DNA of 36,833 nucleotides, taken from NCBI GenBank assembly GCA_964469835.1, contig CAYYBI010000397.1, positions 1-36,833 of the forward strand, written 5' to 3'. The stretch's first letter is position 1. Every line of letters begins with the position of its first letter. The translations under genes and the position numbers were made by a program. This document shows, one piece after another, positions 1 through 9,579 of this stretch. The notes under the pieces were generated by a model, which was not told where the DNA came from, searched no databases, and saw nothing but the letters and a program-made list of their open reading frames with translations. Origin of the DNA: an uncultured Rhodospirillaceae bacterium. Lineage in GTDB: Bacteria > Pseudomonadota > Alphaproteobacteria > UBA8366.

Positions 1-1921
1 GCCAACGGCCATCCAGATAAATCCGGCGATGCGCCTTGGGCGCCGATTTACCCCGGCTCTCGAATGCCCGCAACCGCGGCTTCGGCAACCGGCCAATTGC
101 GGTCACCCGCAACGTCACGATTTCCACCGGGCTGCCGGGCTCGTTATAGGCGAACTGCTTGAGGTGCTGATCGTGGAAGTCCTGAATCAGCCGATCCAGG
201 CCCACCGCACTGGTTTCCGCGCCGGCCCACGGCACCAGCAATTCGAAGGCTTGGCCGCGATAGCGCATATCCGCTGCCACCGCGAAATCCCGATCGTTCC
301 GCGCGATGTCGTCCCGGTCGAGCAAGTCCGTGCCATCGGCCATTAGAGAGTCCAATAGGTTCTGCAGCGCCGGTAGGGATTCCGGCTCCGCCGGCACGAG
401 ACGCGACCGCGCCAGATCATGCGTGATATCCGAAAACAAGATGCCGTAGGCGGATAAAGTGCCCGGATCGCGCGGGAACACGACGCGGTCCATACTCAAT
501 TCCTCGGCAAGAGCAACCGCGTGAAGCCCGCCCGCCCCGCCGAACGACGCGAGCGCGAAATCCCGCGGATCCAGTCCCTTCTCGAAAAGACTCAATTTAA
601 TCGCCGCCGCCATATTGGCGTTCGCCACCGACAGCATGCCTTCGGCCGCCGCCTCCATCGACAGCCCGAGCGGCTCGCCGATCCGCCCGGCAATTGCCTG
701 TGCCGCCGTATCGCGGTCGAGCCGCATGGCGCCGCCAAGAAAGAAATCGGGATCGATACGGCCCAGCGCGACATTGGCGTCGGTGACCGCCGGTTCCTCG
801 CCACCCTGTCCATAAGCGACCGGCCCGGGGCTGGCGCCGGCGCTGCGCGGCCCCACATGCAGGGCTCCACCGGGATCGATCCAGGCAATCGAGCCACCGC
901 CGGCGCCGACGGTGCGAATTTCCATCATCGGCAGCCGAACCGGCAGCCCATCGATTTCCCCTTCGGTGATCACCGAACTCGTGCCCTCCCGCACGACGCA
1001 CACATCGAAACTGGTGCCGCCCATATCGACGCCAACAAGGTTGGGCTCGTCCATATCCGCGGCCAATTGGGTGACCGCCATCGCGCCGCCGGACGGCCCG
1101 GAAAGCAGCAGCCGCACCGGCTGCACTCCGGCAACCCCCGGCGTCGCCAGCCCGCCATTCGATTGCACCAGATAGAGATGCGGATCGAAGCGGGCTTCCT
1201 GCATCCGCGCTGACAGACGGTCGAGATAGCGCGCCACCACCGGCACCAACAGCGCATTCAGCGCCGTCGTCGACGACCGCTCGAATTCCCTGATTTCCGG
1301 GCTTACGTCGCCGGACAACGACACCGCCAGCTCGGGCCAGTCGGCGTGGATGATGTCCCGGACCGCATGTTCATGCACCGGATTGGCATAGGCGTGCAGC
1401 AGGCAGACCGCCACCGCTTCGACCGGTGCGTCATCACCGGCGCGCATCGCGGCGATGGCCGTGCGGACATCCTCGCCGGAGAGATCGGTTTCCACGCTGC
1501 CGTCCGCGCGGACCCGCTCGGACACGCCGAAGCGCCGCCGGCGCGGCACCAGAACGGGCCGCGGCTCGGCCTTCAAGCTGTAGATGTCCTTGCGAACATG
1601 GCGGCCAATTTCGAGCACATCCTCGAATCCGCGCGTCGTCAACAGCGCCGCGGGCGGCAGCTTGCGCTCGAGCACCGCGTTGGTAGCGATTGTCGTGCCG
1701 TGCAGCACCAGGCCGACGTCATCGAGCGCGAAGCCGAACCGCTGCGCCGCACCGGCAATACCGTTCATGAACCCATCCGAGGGGTCGGCCGGCGTGGTCG
1801 GTACCTTGAACGCCGACACGGTGCCCGACCGGCCGTCGAATACCTGCAAATCCGTGAACGTTCCGCCGATATCGACGGCGATCCGCACCGGCCGGTCAGC
1901 GTTGGCGTCGCGCGTGGTCAT
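1..1921 (-). CDS. Hydantoinase/oxoprolinase A-type subunit (HyuA family), 3' end cut by the window edge
   Basis: Absent from the ORF track because no stop lies in the window. My translation of the minus strand from ATG 1921..1919 gives MTTRDANADRPVRIAVDIGGTFTDLQVFDGRSGTVSAFKVPTTPADPSDGF... and stays open to position 1 (about 640 codons). The DIGGTFTD, VDMGGTSFDV and VGAGGGSIAW motifs are typical of HyuA/N-methylhydantoinase A. Confidence 0.85.
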   Translation of the reverse strand, partial: MTTRDANADRPVRIAVDIGGTFTDLQVFDGRSGTVSAFKVPTTPADPSDGFMNGIAGAAQRFGFALDDVGLVLHGTTIATNAVLERKLPPAALLTTRGFEDVLEIGRHVRKDIYSLKAEPRPVLVPRRRRFGVSERVRADGSVETDLSGEDVRTAIAAMRAGDDAPVEAVAVCLLHAYANPVHEHAVRDIIHADWPELAVSLSGDVSPEIREFERSSTTALNALLVPVVARYLDRLSARMQEARFDPHLYLVQSNGGLATPGVAGVQPVRLLLSGPSGGAMAVTQLAADMDEPNLVGVDMGGTSFDVCVVREGTSSVITEGEIDGLPVRLPMMEIRTVGAGGGSIAWIDPGGALHVGPRSAGASPGPVAYGQGGEEPAVTDANVALGRIDPDFFLGGAMRLDRDTAAQAIAGRIGEPLGLSMEAAAEGMLSVANANMAAAIKLSLFEKGLDPRDFALASFGGAGGLHAVALAEELSMDRVVFPRDPGTLSAYGILFSDITHDLARSRLVPAEPESLPALQNLLDSLMADGTDLLDRDDIARNDRDFAVAADMRYRGQAFELLVPWAGAETSAVGLDRLIQDFHDQHLKQFAYNEPGSPVEIVTLRVTAIGRLPKPRLRAFESRGKSAPKAHRRIYLDGRW

Positions 1922-1951
1922 GAAGCTCGGTGCTCTTGCATTCGGTAGATT

Positions 1952-3646
1952 TTACTCTTTTCTATTCTTGCCGGTCCCGCGATGTGCCTCGGCCCAGGAT
2001 TGACCAAACTTGCCGCTCCGGCGGTCCGCTGCCAATGCGCGCGCATCGCGATCTTGGGGCGGACCGTAGCCGCCGGCGCCCGGCGTTTCAACGACGATGC
2101 TGTCGCCGGGCGCAACGTCGATCCCGCTCGGTTTGATCGGCAACGCGACATCCTCGCCCGCTGCGTTTCGCAAGACGAAGCGGCCGCATCCGCCCGGGCC
2201 GCCACCAAAAATACCCCAGGGCGCATTGCGAAACCGCTCCCCGGCCCCGTTGAACGTGCAGTGGTGGCCCACCGGGGTAATGATCCGGCGCAAACCCAGG
2301 CCACCGCGATACCGTCCCGCTCCGCCGGAATCCTCCACCAAACCGTAACTTTCGACACGCAGGGGATACTCCATCTCGATCGCCTCAACCGGCAGGTTGG
2401 AGGTATTGGTAATATGGACCTGCACGCCGTCGCGCCCGTCCCGGCTCGCCCGGCCGCCGAAGCCGCCACCCAGTGTTTCGAGATAGAGGTAATCCGTCCC
2501 GCTGCGCGGATCGCGCCCGGCGAACACCGCCGTGGTGTTGGCCCCGTTGGCCGCGCCAACCACCGCGTCGGGCAAGGCCTCGGCCAGCGCGCCGATGACG
2601 ACATCGACGATGCGCTGGCAAGTATTCGCGCGCGCCGCCACCGGCGCCGGCGCGACGCAATCGACGAGGCTGCCCGGCTCGGCGGTGATATCGCATACCG
2701 CCAGGACGCCGTGATTGTTCGGCACGGCCGGGTCGAGCAGCGCCTTCAGCGTATAACACACCGACGCCTGGGTGGCGTTCATGGTCACGTTGACATTGCC
2801 GCGCACCTGCGGCGCGGTGCCGGTGAAATCGAAGTGGATCCCGTCGCCGGCGACCCGGACAACGACCCGGATAGGGATATCAACCGTGCCGAACCCGTCA
2901 TCGTCCATGACGTCCTCAAACCGGTAGACGCCGTCCGGAATGGTGGCGATTGCATCCCGCATGCGTCGTTCAGTCCGTAAAATGATTTCGCCGAATGCAT
3001 CGAGCAGGGTATCCGCCGAATGACGGGCGGCGAGTTCCTTCAACCGGCGCACTCCTAGCCGGCAGGCGGCGATCTGCGCGTTGTAGTCGCCCCGCCGCTC
3101 CTCCGGCAGCCGCACGTTGAGCAACAGAAGCTCGAACAGATCCTGCTGCAGGGCGCCCCGGTCGAACAGTTTAACCACCGGAATGCGCAGCCCTTCCTGA
3201 TAAATTTCGGACATCCCACCCGCCATCGAACCGGGCACCATGCCGCCAATATCCGCGTGATGGGCGATATTGCAGACATAGGCGATCAGCCGTCCGTCAT
3301 CGAACACCGGCATCGCCATGTTGACATCGGGAAGATGGGTGCCGCCCGCCACGTGCGGATCATTGGCCACGAACAGATCGCCCTCGCGGATTTCCTCGGC
3401 GGGATACTTCGTGTGCAGGCTTTCCATCATGCCGATCATCGACGCCAAATGGATCGGTAGCGAATGTTCCGCCTGCACCACCAAGCGCCCCTGCGGGTCG
3501 CAAATCGCGGTCGAGTGGTCGCGCCGTTCCTTGATGTTCGTGGAGTATGCGCTGCGCATCAGGGCGATGAACGTCTCGTCCGTGACCGACCGAAGCGCGT
3601 TGAACAGAATTTCTAATGCAACCGGGTCGAGCTTCGCCGCCATCAT
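1952..3646 (-). CDS. Hydantoinase B/oxoprolinase family protein (HyuB)
   Basis: 564-aa ORF (MMAAKLDPVALEILFNALRSVTDETF..., ANDPHVAGGTHLPDV) typical of the HyuB family. Its ATG overlaps the stop of the upstream hyuA in ATGA (3643-3646), suggesting translational coupling. Confidence 0.9.
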   Translation of the reverse strand: MMAAKLDPVALEILFNALRSVTDETFIALMRSAYSTNIKERRDHSTAICDPQGRLVVQAEHSLPIHLASMIGMMESLHTKYPAEEIREGDLFVANDPHVAGGTHLPDVNMAMPVFDDGRLIAYVCNIAHHADIGGMVPGSMAGGMSEIYQEGLRIPVVKLFDRGALQQDLFELLLLNVRLPEERRGDYNAQIAACRLGVRRLKELAARHSADTLLDAFGEIILRTERRMRDAIATIPDGVYRFEDVMDDDGFGTVDIPIRVVVRVAGDGIHFDFTGTAPQVRGNVNVTMNATQASVCYTLKALLDPAVPNNHGVLAVCDITAEPGSLVDCVAPAPVAARANTCQRIVDVVIGALAEALPDAVVGAANGANTTAVFAGRDPRSGTDYLYLETLGGGFGGRASRDGRDGVQVHITNTSNLPVEAIEMEYPLRVESYGLVEDSGGAGRYRGGLGLRRIITPVGHHCTFNGAGERFRNAPWGIFGGGPGGCGRFVLRNAAGEDVALPIKPSGIDVAPGDSIVVETPGAGGYGPPQDRDARALAADRRSGKFGQSWAEAHRGTGKNRKE

Positions 3647-5733
3647 GGCGTCACCCCCACCCGAAGGATCAGATTGCGCCGCCCATCGACCGTGGCGGCG
3701 TCGCCGGGGAAGACCACGGTGGTCGTATCGAGCTGCTCGACTATGGCGGGCCCTTCAATTCGCTGACCGGGCCGCAGTGCCGACCGCCCAAAAACGGGCG
3801 TTCTGACAGCGGTGCTTTCATCGAACCAGACCGGGCGATACTCATCCGGCGTTGGCGCTGGCGGCGCAACGTTTTCCTCCCTCGGCGGCAGCGGCTTTGG
3901 CAGCCGGCCATGGGCGGTAAGACGGATATTAATGATTTCCATCGGGTCCTCGGGATTGTGAAATCCGTAACTCCGCTCATGGGCGTCGAAAAACAGGCCG
4001 CGCAGCGTCGCCGCATCCGGAACTTCGGGCGGCTTATCGACTCCCTCGGTTTCGCCGACCGGAACGGGAAGCTCGAAATTCTGTCCGGCGTATCGCATAT
4101 CGAAGCTGAGCGAGAGACGATGGGACAGCGCCTGTGCGGCACCGCCGCCCGCCCAGCGCGCCGCCTCCGCCGCAAGGCCACTTGCCGCATCGGCCGCCGC
4201 GGCGAGACCATCCCGGCCAACCGGATACCGGCCGCTGGCCACGAAATCCTCTTTCAGATCGGAAACGACGAGCCCCTGGGCGCAGAGGATACCGGGGGAC
4301 GGCGGCACAATCACCTCGCCGATGCCGAGCGCCCGCGCCACTTCGGTCGCGTGTAACGGCCCCGCGCCGCCGAGTGCCATCAGGGCGAAGGTCCGGGGAT
4401 CGTAACCCCGCTCGACCGAGATTACCCGGATTGCCCGCACCATGCTGGCGACGACGATGCCCAGCACCCCCACCGCGGTCCACTCAAGCGTCGCGTCCAA
4501 TCGTTCGGCAACGGGCGCCATGACGCGGCGCGCCGCCTCGATATCGAGCGCCATCGCGCCGCCGAGCAATCCACCGGGCGATAGACGCCCCAACAGCAGG
4601 TTTGCGTCCGAGACGGTCGGCCGGTCCCCGCCATGGCCGTAGCATGCGGGACCCGGCATCGCTCCGGCACTGTCCGGCCCCACCTTGAGGAGGCCGTCCC
4701 GGTCGAACCAGGCGATCGAGCCGCCACCGGCACCGACCGTGTGAACGTCCACCATCGGCAGGCGGATCGGAAAACCCGCCACCTCCTGTTCATGACTGAT
4801 GCCGGCTTCATGCCCCTGGATCAGGCAGACATCCGCGCTGGTGCCGCCCATATCCAGCGTGATGACATCCGGCCGATCCGCCAGCTTGCCGACATGCACG
4901 GCGCCGACGACCCCCGCCGCCGGCCCCGACAGCGCCGTTCGAACCGGAAAGCCCTCGGCACGCTCGATGGACATCAAACCGCCGCTCGATTGGTTGATGC
5001 CGATCGCCGCCTCAGGCGCCCGCTCGGACAGCCCATGCCGCAAATCGCGCATGTACCGGGCGATGACCGGCTGGAGATAGGCGTTTTGTACCGTGGTCGA
5101 ACTGCGCTCGAATTCGCGGAATTCCGGCTGTACCCGCGACGACAGGGACAGATTCATATCGGGCAAGGCATCGTGCAGTGCATCACCGATGCGCCGCTCG
5201 TGCTCCGGGTTGAGAAAGGAGAACAACAGGCACACCGCGCACGCCTCGACGGACGCCGCACGAACCGCCGCGACGATATTCTGCACCGCGGCCTCGGCCA
5301 GCGGCGTGACCACCGCGCCGTCCGGCCCAACGCGCTCGGCGATTTCAAAGCGATGCTCCCGCGGCACGATCGGTGGCGGATAGTCGACCTGCAGATCGTA
5401 CATTTTTGGCCGGGTTTGGCGGCCGATTTCCAGCAAATCCCGGAAGCCTTCGGTCGTGACCAGCGCCACCGTCGCGCCACGGCGTTGAATCAGTGCATTT
5501 GTGGCTACCGTGGTTCCATGTCCGAGACGGCCGATGGCGGCCCGGTCGATCCTTTTGCTTTCGCATAGCTCATCCAATCCCGAAAGGATCGCCTCGGCCG
5601 GGTTTTCCGGTGTCGACGGCGTCTTATGCACATGCTCCGATCCGGTTTCGTCGTCGAAGGCGTAAAAATCCGTGAAGGTGCCGCCGACATCAACGCCAAT
5701 GAACCACACATATCCCTCCCTTGGCCCCGCCAA
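3643..5733 (-). CDS. Hydantoinase/oxoprolinase A-type subunit (HyuA)
   Basis: 696-aa ORF with N-terminal IGVDVGGTFTDF, later LDMGGTSADV and VGAGGGSIAW. It is paired with the downstream hyuB. Confidence 0.9.
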   Translation of the reverse strand: MAGPREGYVWFIGVDVGGTFTDFYAFDDETGSEHVHKTPSTPENPAEAILSGLDELCESKRIDRAAIGRLGHGTTVATNALIQRRGATVALVTTEGFRDLLEIGRQTRPKMYDLQVDYPPPIVPREHRFEIAERVGPDGAVVTPLAEAAVQNIVAAVRAASVEACAVCLLFSFLNPEHERRIGDALHDALPDMNLSLSSRVQPEFREFERSSTTVQNAYLQPVIARYMRDLRHGLSERAPEAAIGINQSSGGLMSIERAEGFPVRTALSGPAAGVVGAVHVGKLADRPDVITLDMGGTSADVCLIQGHEAGISHEQEVAGFPIRLPMVDVHTVGAGGGSIAWFDRDGLLKVGPDSAGAMPGPACYGHGGDRPTVSDANLLLGRLSPGGLLGGAMALDIEAARRVMAPVAERLDATLEWTAVGVLGIVVASMVRAIRVISVERGYDPRTFALMALGGAGPLHATEVARALGIGEVIVPPSPGILCAQGLVVSDLKEDFVASGRYPVGRDGLAAAADAASGLAAEAARWAGGGAAQALSHRLSLSFDMRYAGQNFELPVPVGETEGVDKPPEVPDAATLRGLFFDAHERSYGFHNPEDPMEIINIRLTAHGRLPKPLPPREENVAPPAPTPDEYRPVWFDESTAVRTPVFGRSALRPGQRIEGPAIVEQLDTTTVVFPGDAATVDGRRNLILRVGVTP

Positions 5734-5959
5734 CGCTTACATTCAATAACACCGTGGAAGCGGGCGAGCTTCCGGTGGACGTTAGGATTTCCGTACGATA
5801 CGGTTGCAACACTGGTAGCGTAGCCACCGGATGTCTTTGGGGCGAGGTATTCCGCCACAGGATTGCGGTATCAACGGAATTTGCAGCACAAACCCGGCCG
5901 ACGAACGGCCGGCAACATTTTGGACGCCGTACGCGGCCGACGACGACAGGGAGAGTTAA

Positions 5960-7024
5960 ATGAGGAAAAAGACTATCGCATACGCGCTGGCAGGCATCCT
6001 CGCTTGCGGCGCCGTATTCACAGGCGACGCATCCGCCGCCGGTCCGCAGAAGAACGCCTTCAAGGTGGTGGGAACCTGGGGCAATCTGAGCAACTACAAA
6101 ATCCATGAAGGACCGTTCTGGAATAAGCTCATCACCGAAAAATCCGGTGGGGCGCTGACGGCGCACGCACCGCCACTGACCGAACTCGGCCTCAAGGGCT
6201 TCGAGGTAATGCGGCTATTGAAACTCGGCGTGTTCGACTTCGCCCATGGCGTGATCGGATACGTCGCCTCCGAAGACGCGGTCTTCGAGGGCGTTGACCT
6301 GGCCGGCATCGCTCAGGATATCGAATCGGCGCGCGAAGTGACGAAAATTTACCGTCCGATCCTGGAGAAAGCCTTCGCGAAGACCTTCAACGCCAAACTC
6401 CTGGTCATGTATCCGTTTCCCAGCCAGTTGATCTGGTGCAACGCCAACGTCAACAGCGTCAAGGATCTCAAGGGCAAACGCATCCGTACCTACAGCACAA
6501 CGCTCGGTGATTTCATCGAGGGCGCGGGCGCCAGCAGCGTGACCATTGCCTTCGCCGAAGTCGTTCCGGCCCTGCAAAAAGGCGTCGCCGATTGCGGCAT
6601 CACCGGCACCATGCCGGCCTACCGCGCGAAATGGCACGAAGTCATTACCCATGTGATGAAACTCCGGGTCGGCTGGGGCATCTCGTTCGGCGCCTTCAGC
6701 CTGAAGCGCTGGAACAAGCTGGACAAGGATACCCAGGCATTCCTCACCAAGGAACTCAAGGCGCTTGAAGACCGCATGTGGGCGAAGACCAAGCAAGAGG
6801 ACAATATGGGTATCATCTGCAACACGGGCACGGGCAAATGCACCGAAGGCAAGCCCGGCAAGATGAAGCTCGTCAATGCCTCGGCCGCGGACGAGAAAGC
6901 GCGCGAGAAAATCCTGAGCGATTTTGTCCTGCGCCGCTGGGCCAAACGTTGCGGCGAGCCTTGTGTCGCCAATTGGAACAAGACGGTTGGCAAATACCTG
7001 AAGATCAAAGCCAGCGCGAAATAA
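5960..7024 (+). CDS. TRAP transporter substrate-binding protein (DctP family)
   Basis: 354-aa ORF with signal peptide MRKKTIAYALAGILACGAVFTGDASA. GGGAGAG Shine-Dalgarno just upstream. Followed by DctQ- and DctM-type genes. Confidence 0.85.
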   Translation: MRKKTIAYALAGILACGAVFTGDASAAGPQKNAFKVVGTWGNLSNYKIHEGPFWNKLITEKSGGALTAHAPPLTELGLKGFEVMRLLKLGVFDFAHGVIGYVASEDAVFEGVDLAGIAQDIESAREVTKIYRPILEKAFAKTFNAKLLVMYPFPSQLIWCNANVNSVKDLKGKRIRTYSTTLGDFIEGAGASSVTIAFAEVVPALQKGVADCGITGTMPAYRAKWHEVITHVMKLRVGWGISFGAFSLKRWNKLDKDTQAFLTKELKALEDRMWAKTKQEDNMGIICNTGTGKCTEGKPGKMKLVNASAADEKAREKILSDFVLRRWAKRCGEPCVANWNKTVGKYLKIKASAK

Positions 7025-7091
7025 TATCCTGGCCGGATGACGGATCCTTAACGGCAACCGTCATCCGGCCAATATTTTGGGGGTTTCGGGC

Positions 7092-7754
7092 ATGGCTAAC
7101 GACACGGGCGCCATTCAGGGCGCGCTCCGGATATTGGCGCGTGTCAGCACGCACGCGGAACGATTTTCGCGCTACACCGTCTGGGCCGGCGGGGTGTTGA
7201 TGCTGATCGCCGCCGTCGTGGTCACGCTCGACGTGTTGCAACGAAAAGTCAGCCATCTGACTGGGCTGAGCATTTCCGGATCGGATGAAATCTCCGGCTA
7301 TTTGTTCGCAATTAGCACGTCCTGGGCCTTTTCCTTTGCCCTGTTGCATCGCGCCAATGTCAGGGTCGATGCCCTGTATCTGGTCTTGCCGCGTCGAATT
7401 CGCGCGGTGCTCGATGTCTTTGGAATTATTCTCCTCAGCATATTCGTCGCCGTCGTCACCTGGCACGCGCTGCAAATGTTCATACATAACGCGACGAACT
7501 GGTCCAAATCGATCACGCCACTTCTCACGCCGCTCGCGATCCCTCAGTTCTTCTGGATCATCGGCCTCATTCTCTTTTCCTTGAACCTCTTGCTGGTCCT
7601 GCTGCGGGCAGGCCTTGCGCTGACCGTCGGCGATTTAGCCACGGTGAGTAATGTCGCCGGCGCCCGTACCCAACAGGAAGAACTCGAGGAAGAATTGCGG
7701 TCCCTGCATATCGATGTGACGACCGACGGACCCACGCCCGGCAAGGACCGCTGA
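7092..7754 (+). CDS. TRAP transporter small permease (DctQ family)
   Basis: Hydrophobic four-helix-type protein between the DctP and DctM genes. The track start at 7077 is TTG. I prefer ATG 7092 (MANDTGAIQGALRIL...), which follows a G-rich SD-like stretch. Confidence 0.8.
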   Translation: MANDTGAIQGALRILARVSTHAERFSRYTVWAGGVLMLIAAVVVTLDVLQRKVSHLTGLSISGSDEISGYLFAISTSWAFSFALLHRANVRVDALYLVLPRRIRAVLDVFGIILLSIFVAVVTWHALQMFIHNATNWSKSITPLLTPLAIPQFFWIIGLILFSLNLLLVLLRAGLALTVGDLATVSNVAGARTQQEELEEELRSLHIDVTTDGPTPGKDR

Positions 7755-7755
7755 A

Positions 7756-9060
7756 ATGCTCGCCAACACCCTTATTATTCTGCTCGTGCTGATTGCACTG
7801 AGCGTGCCGGTCGCCGCGGTTCTCGGTATCTTGAGCCTGATCCTCGCCGATGTGTATTCGCCGATGCCGGTGACCCGGGCCATCGGTGAATCCTTCTGGC
7901 AATACGGCGCCGATTCGATCCTCGTCGCAATTCCCATGTTCATCCTGCTCGGTGAAATCCTGCTGCGATCCGGTATTACGCAGCGCATGTACGACGCTTT
8001 GGCGCAGTGGCTGTCCTGGCTGCCCGGCGGGCTGATGCATTCCAATATCGGCTCCTGCGCCATGTTCGCCGCGACCTCGGGCTCCAGCGTGGCGACGGCG
8101 GCGACCGTCAGCACGGTCGCCCTGCCGGAAATCGACCGCCGCGGTTATAACGAACGCCTGTTCGTCGGCACGCTCGCCGCCGGGGGAACGCTCGGGATTC
8201 TGATTCCGCCATCGATCAACCTGATCATCTATGGCCTGCTGACCGACACCTCGGTGCCGCAACTCTATCTGGCCGGTCTTGTGCCCGGCATCATCCTGTC
8301 GTCGCTGTTCATGCTGACGGTCATCGCCGGCTGCTTGTGGAAACCGGAATGGGGCGGCGAGCCAATCGCGACAAGCTGGAAAAAGCGGTTCGGCGTGCTG
8401 CCCGACCTGCTTCCGCCGATGTGCATTTTTGCCGTCGTCGTCGGCTCGATCTACGCCGGCCTCGCGACGCCGACCGAAGCGGCATCGCTCGGCGTGATCG
8501 CCGCGCTTGGACTCGCCGCCTATTACGGCACGCTCAAGGTCGACATGCTGCGGTCCGCGATTGAAGGCACGATGACGACGACGGCAATGGTCATGCTGAT
8601 CATCCTGGCGGCAATCTTCCTGAATTTCGTCCTCGCGGTAACCGGCATGACCGCCCTGCTGACCGGGTTCATCAAGGGGTTGGGGTTGGGGCCCTACAAC
8701 ACCCTGATGGTCATCATCCTATTTTATCTGATCCTGGGCTGCTTCATGGAGACATTCTCCATGCTGATTACTACGGCGCCGTTGATCGTCCCGATCGTCG
8801 CTTCGCTCGACCTTGGCATTGGCGACGATCACACGGTCAAAATCTGGTTCGGCATCCTGCTGACGGTGCTTTTGGAAGCCGCCTTGATTACCCCGCCGAT
8901 CGGCGTAAATCTTTACGTAGTGCAAGGCGTCCGGCAACGCGGCACGATGAACGACGTGATAATCGGCACGCTGCCTTTTGTTGCCTCCATGTTCGTCATG
9001 ATTGTCCTGATCGTGGTGTACCCGCAGATCGCGCTATGGCTGCCGAAACTATTTTATTGA
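7756..9060 (+). CDS. TRAP transporter large permease (DctM family)
   Basis: 434-aa polytopic membrane protein. ATG lies 1 nt after the dctQ stop. Typical DctM sequence (MLANTLIILLVLIALSVPVAAVLG...). Confidence 0.9.
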   Translation: MLANTLIILLVLIALSVPVAAVLGILSLILADVYSPMPVTRAIGESFWQYGADSILVAIPMFILLGEILLRSGITQRMYDALAQWLSWLPGGLMHSNIGSCAMFAATSGSSVATAATVSTVALPEIDRRGYNERLFVGTLAAGGTLGILIPPSINLIIYGLLTDTSVPQLYLAGLVPGIILSSLFMLTVIAGCLWKPEWGGEPIATSWKKRFGVLPDLLPPMCIFAVVVGSIYAGLATPTEAASLGVIAALGLAAYYGTLKVDMLRSAIEGTMTTTAMVMLIILAAIFLNFVLAVTGMTALLTGFIKGLGLGPYNTLMVIILFYLILGCFMETFSMLITTAPLIVPIVASLDLGIGDDHTVKIWFGILLTVLLEAALITPPIGVNLYVVQGVRQRGTMNDVIIGTLPFVASMFVMIVLIVVYPQIALWLPKLFY

Positions 9061-9579
9061 GATAATTCGGACGCGCGGCCTGTAATTAGGTCAGGGAAGC
9101 GCAACTATTTCGGCGCCGGAATAATGCGCCGGCAATAAGCCCGGTTCACGTTGCGGTGAACGCGATACAGCGCGTCGCGCAAAGCGATTCGCAAAACATC
9201 ACTTTAAAAACCAAACGATGATGCACATGAGTGTTACAGAATGGCGACATGTTGTCGCAGACGCGGTAGAGGAATTTTGAGTCGCGTTTGGAAAAGGTTA
9301 TGCCGAATTGTCGAACGCCGATTCGGCGCCGGGTTCAAATTTCGGTCTTGAAGACTTTGCAGAGTCTTTCACATAATTGTGTGTTAGTCTTACCAATACT
9401 GCTAAATAGAAATGAAAAGTTTGGCTAACATTGTCGAATGGGTAAGCTAATCTTAATTAAATTAGGCTTAGGCTTCGTCATACAACGGAACGCACAACCA
9501 AAAAAATCCACGGGAGAACTGACGATGCAGGTGCACACGAGAACGTAAATACGATCAACTAGTCGGAAAGGTGACCGCT

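Noticed and set aside
521-1948. Plus-strand ORFs 521..1213, 1346..1948 and neighbours inside the left-most region
   Set aside because: They overlap the convincing minus-strand HyuA-type frame that I translated myself. Their products are Arg/Pro/Gly-rich, as is typical of off-frame translation in high-GC DNA.
6215-7057. 280-aa minus-strand ORF opposite the DctP gene. Similar cases are 1982..2980(+), 7567..8262(-), 25586..26512(+), 30579..31493(+), 32418..33368(-) and 35249..36025(+)
   Set aside because: Each fully overlaps a gene with clear family-level identity on the other strand, and none shows recognisable motifs.
9061-9570. Sigma-54 (TGGCAC-N5-TTGC) or EcfG-type (GGAAC-N16-17-CGTT) promoter upstream of prkA
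   Set aside because: Only weak partial matches were found. TGGCGAcatgtTGTC near 9242 and TGGCTAacatTGTC near 9423 have wrong spacing or GC dinucleotide. CGAAC-N16-GTTC near 9311 is degenerate. I cannot support a call.
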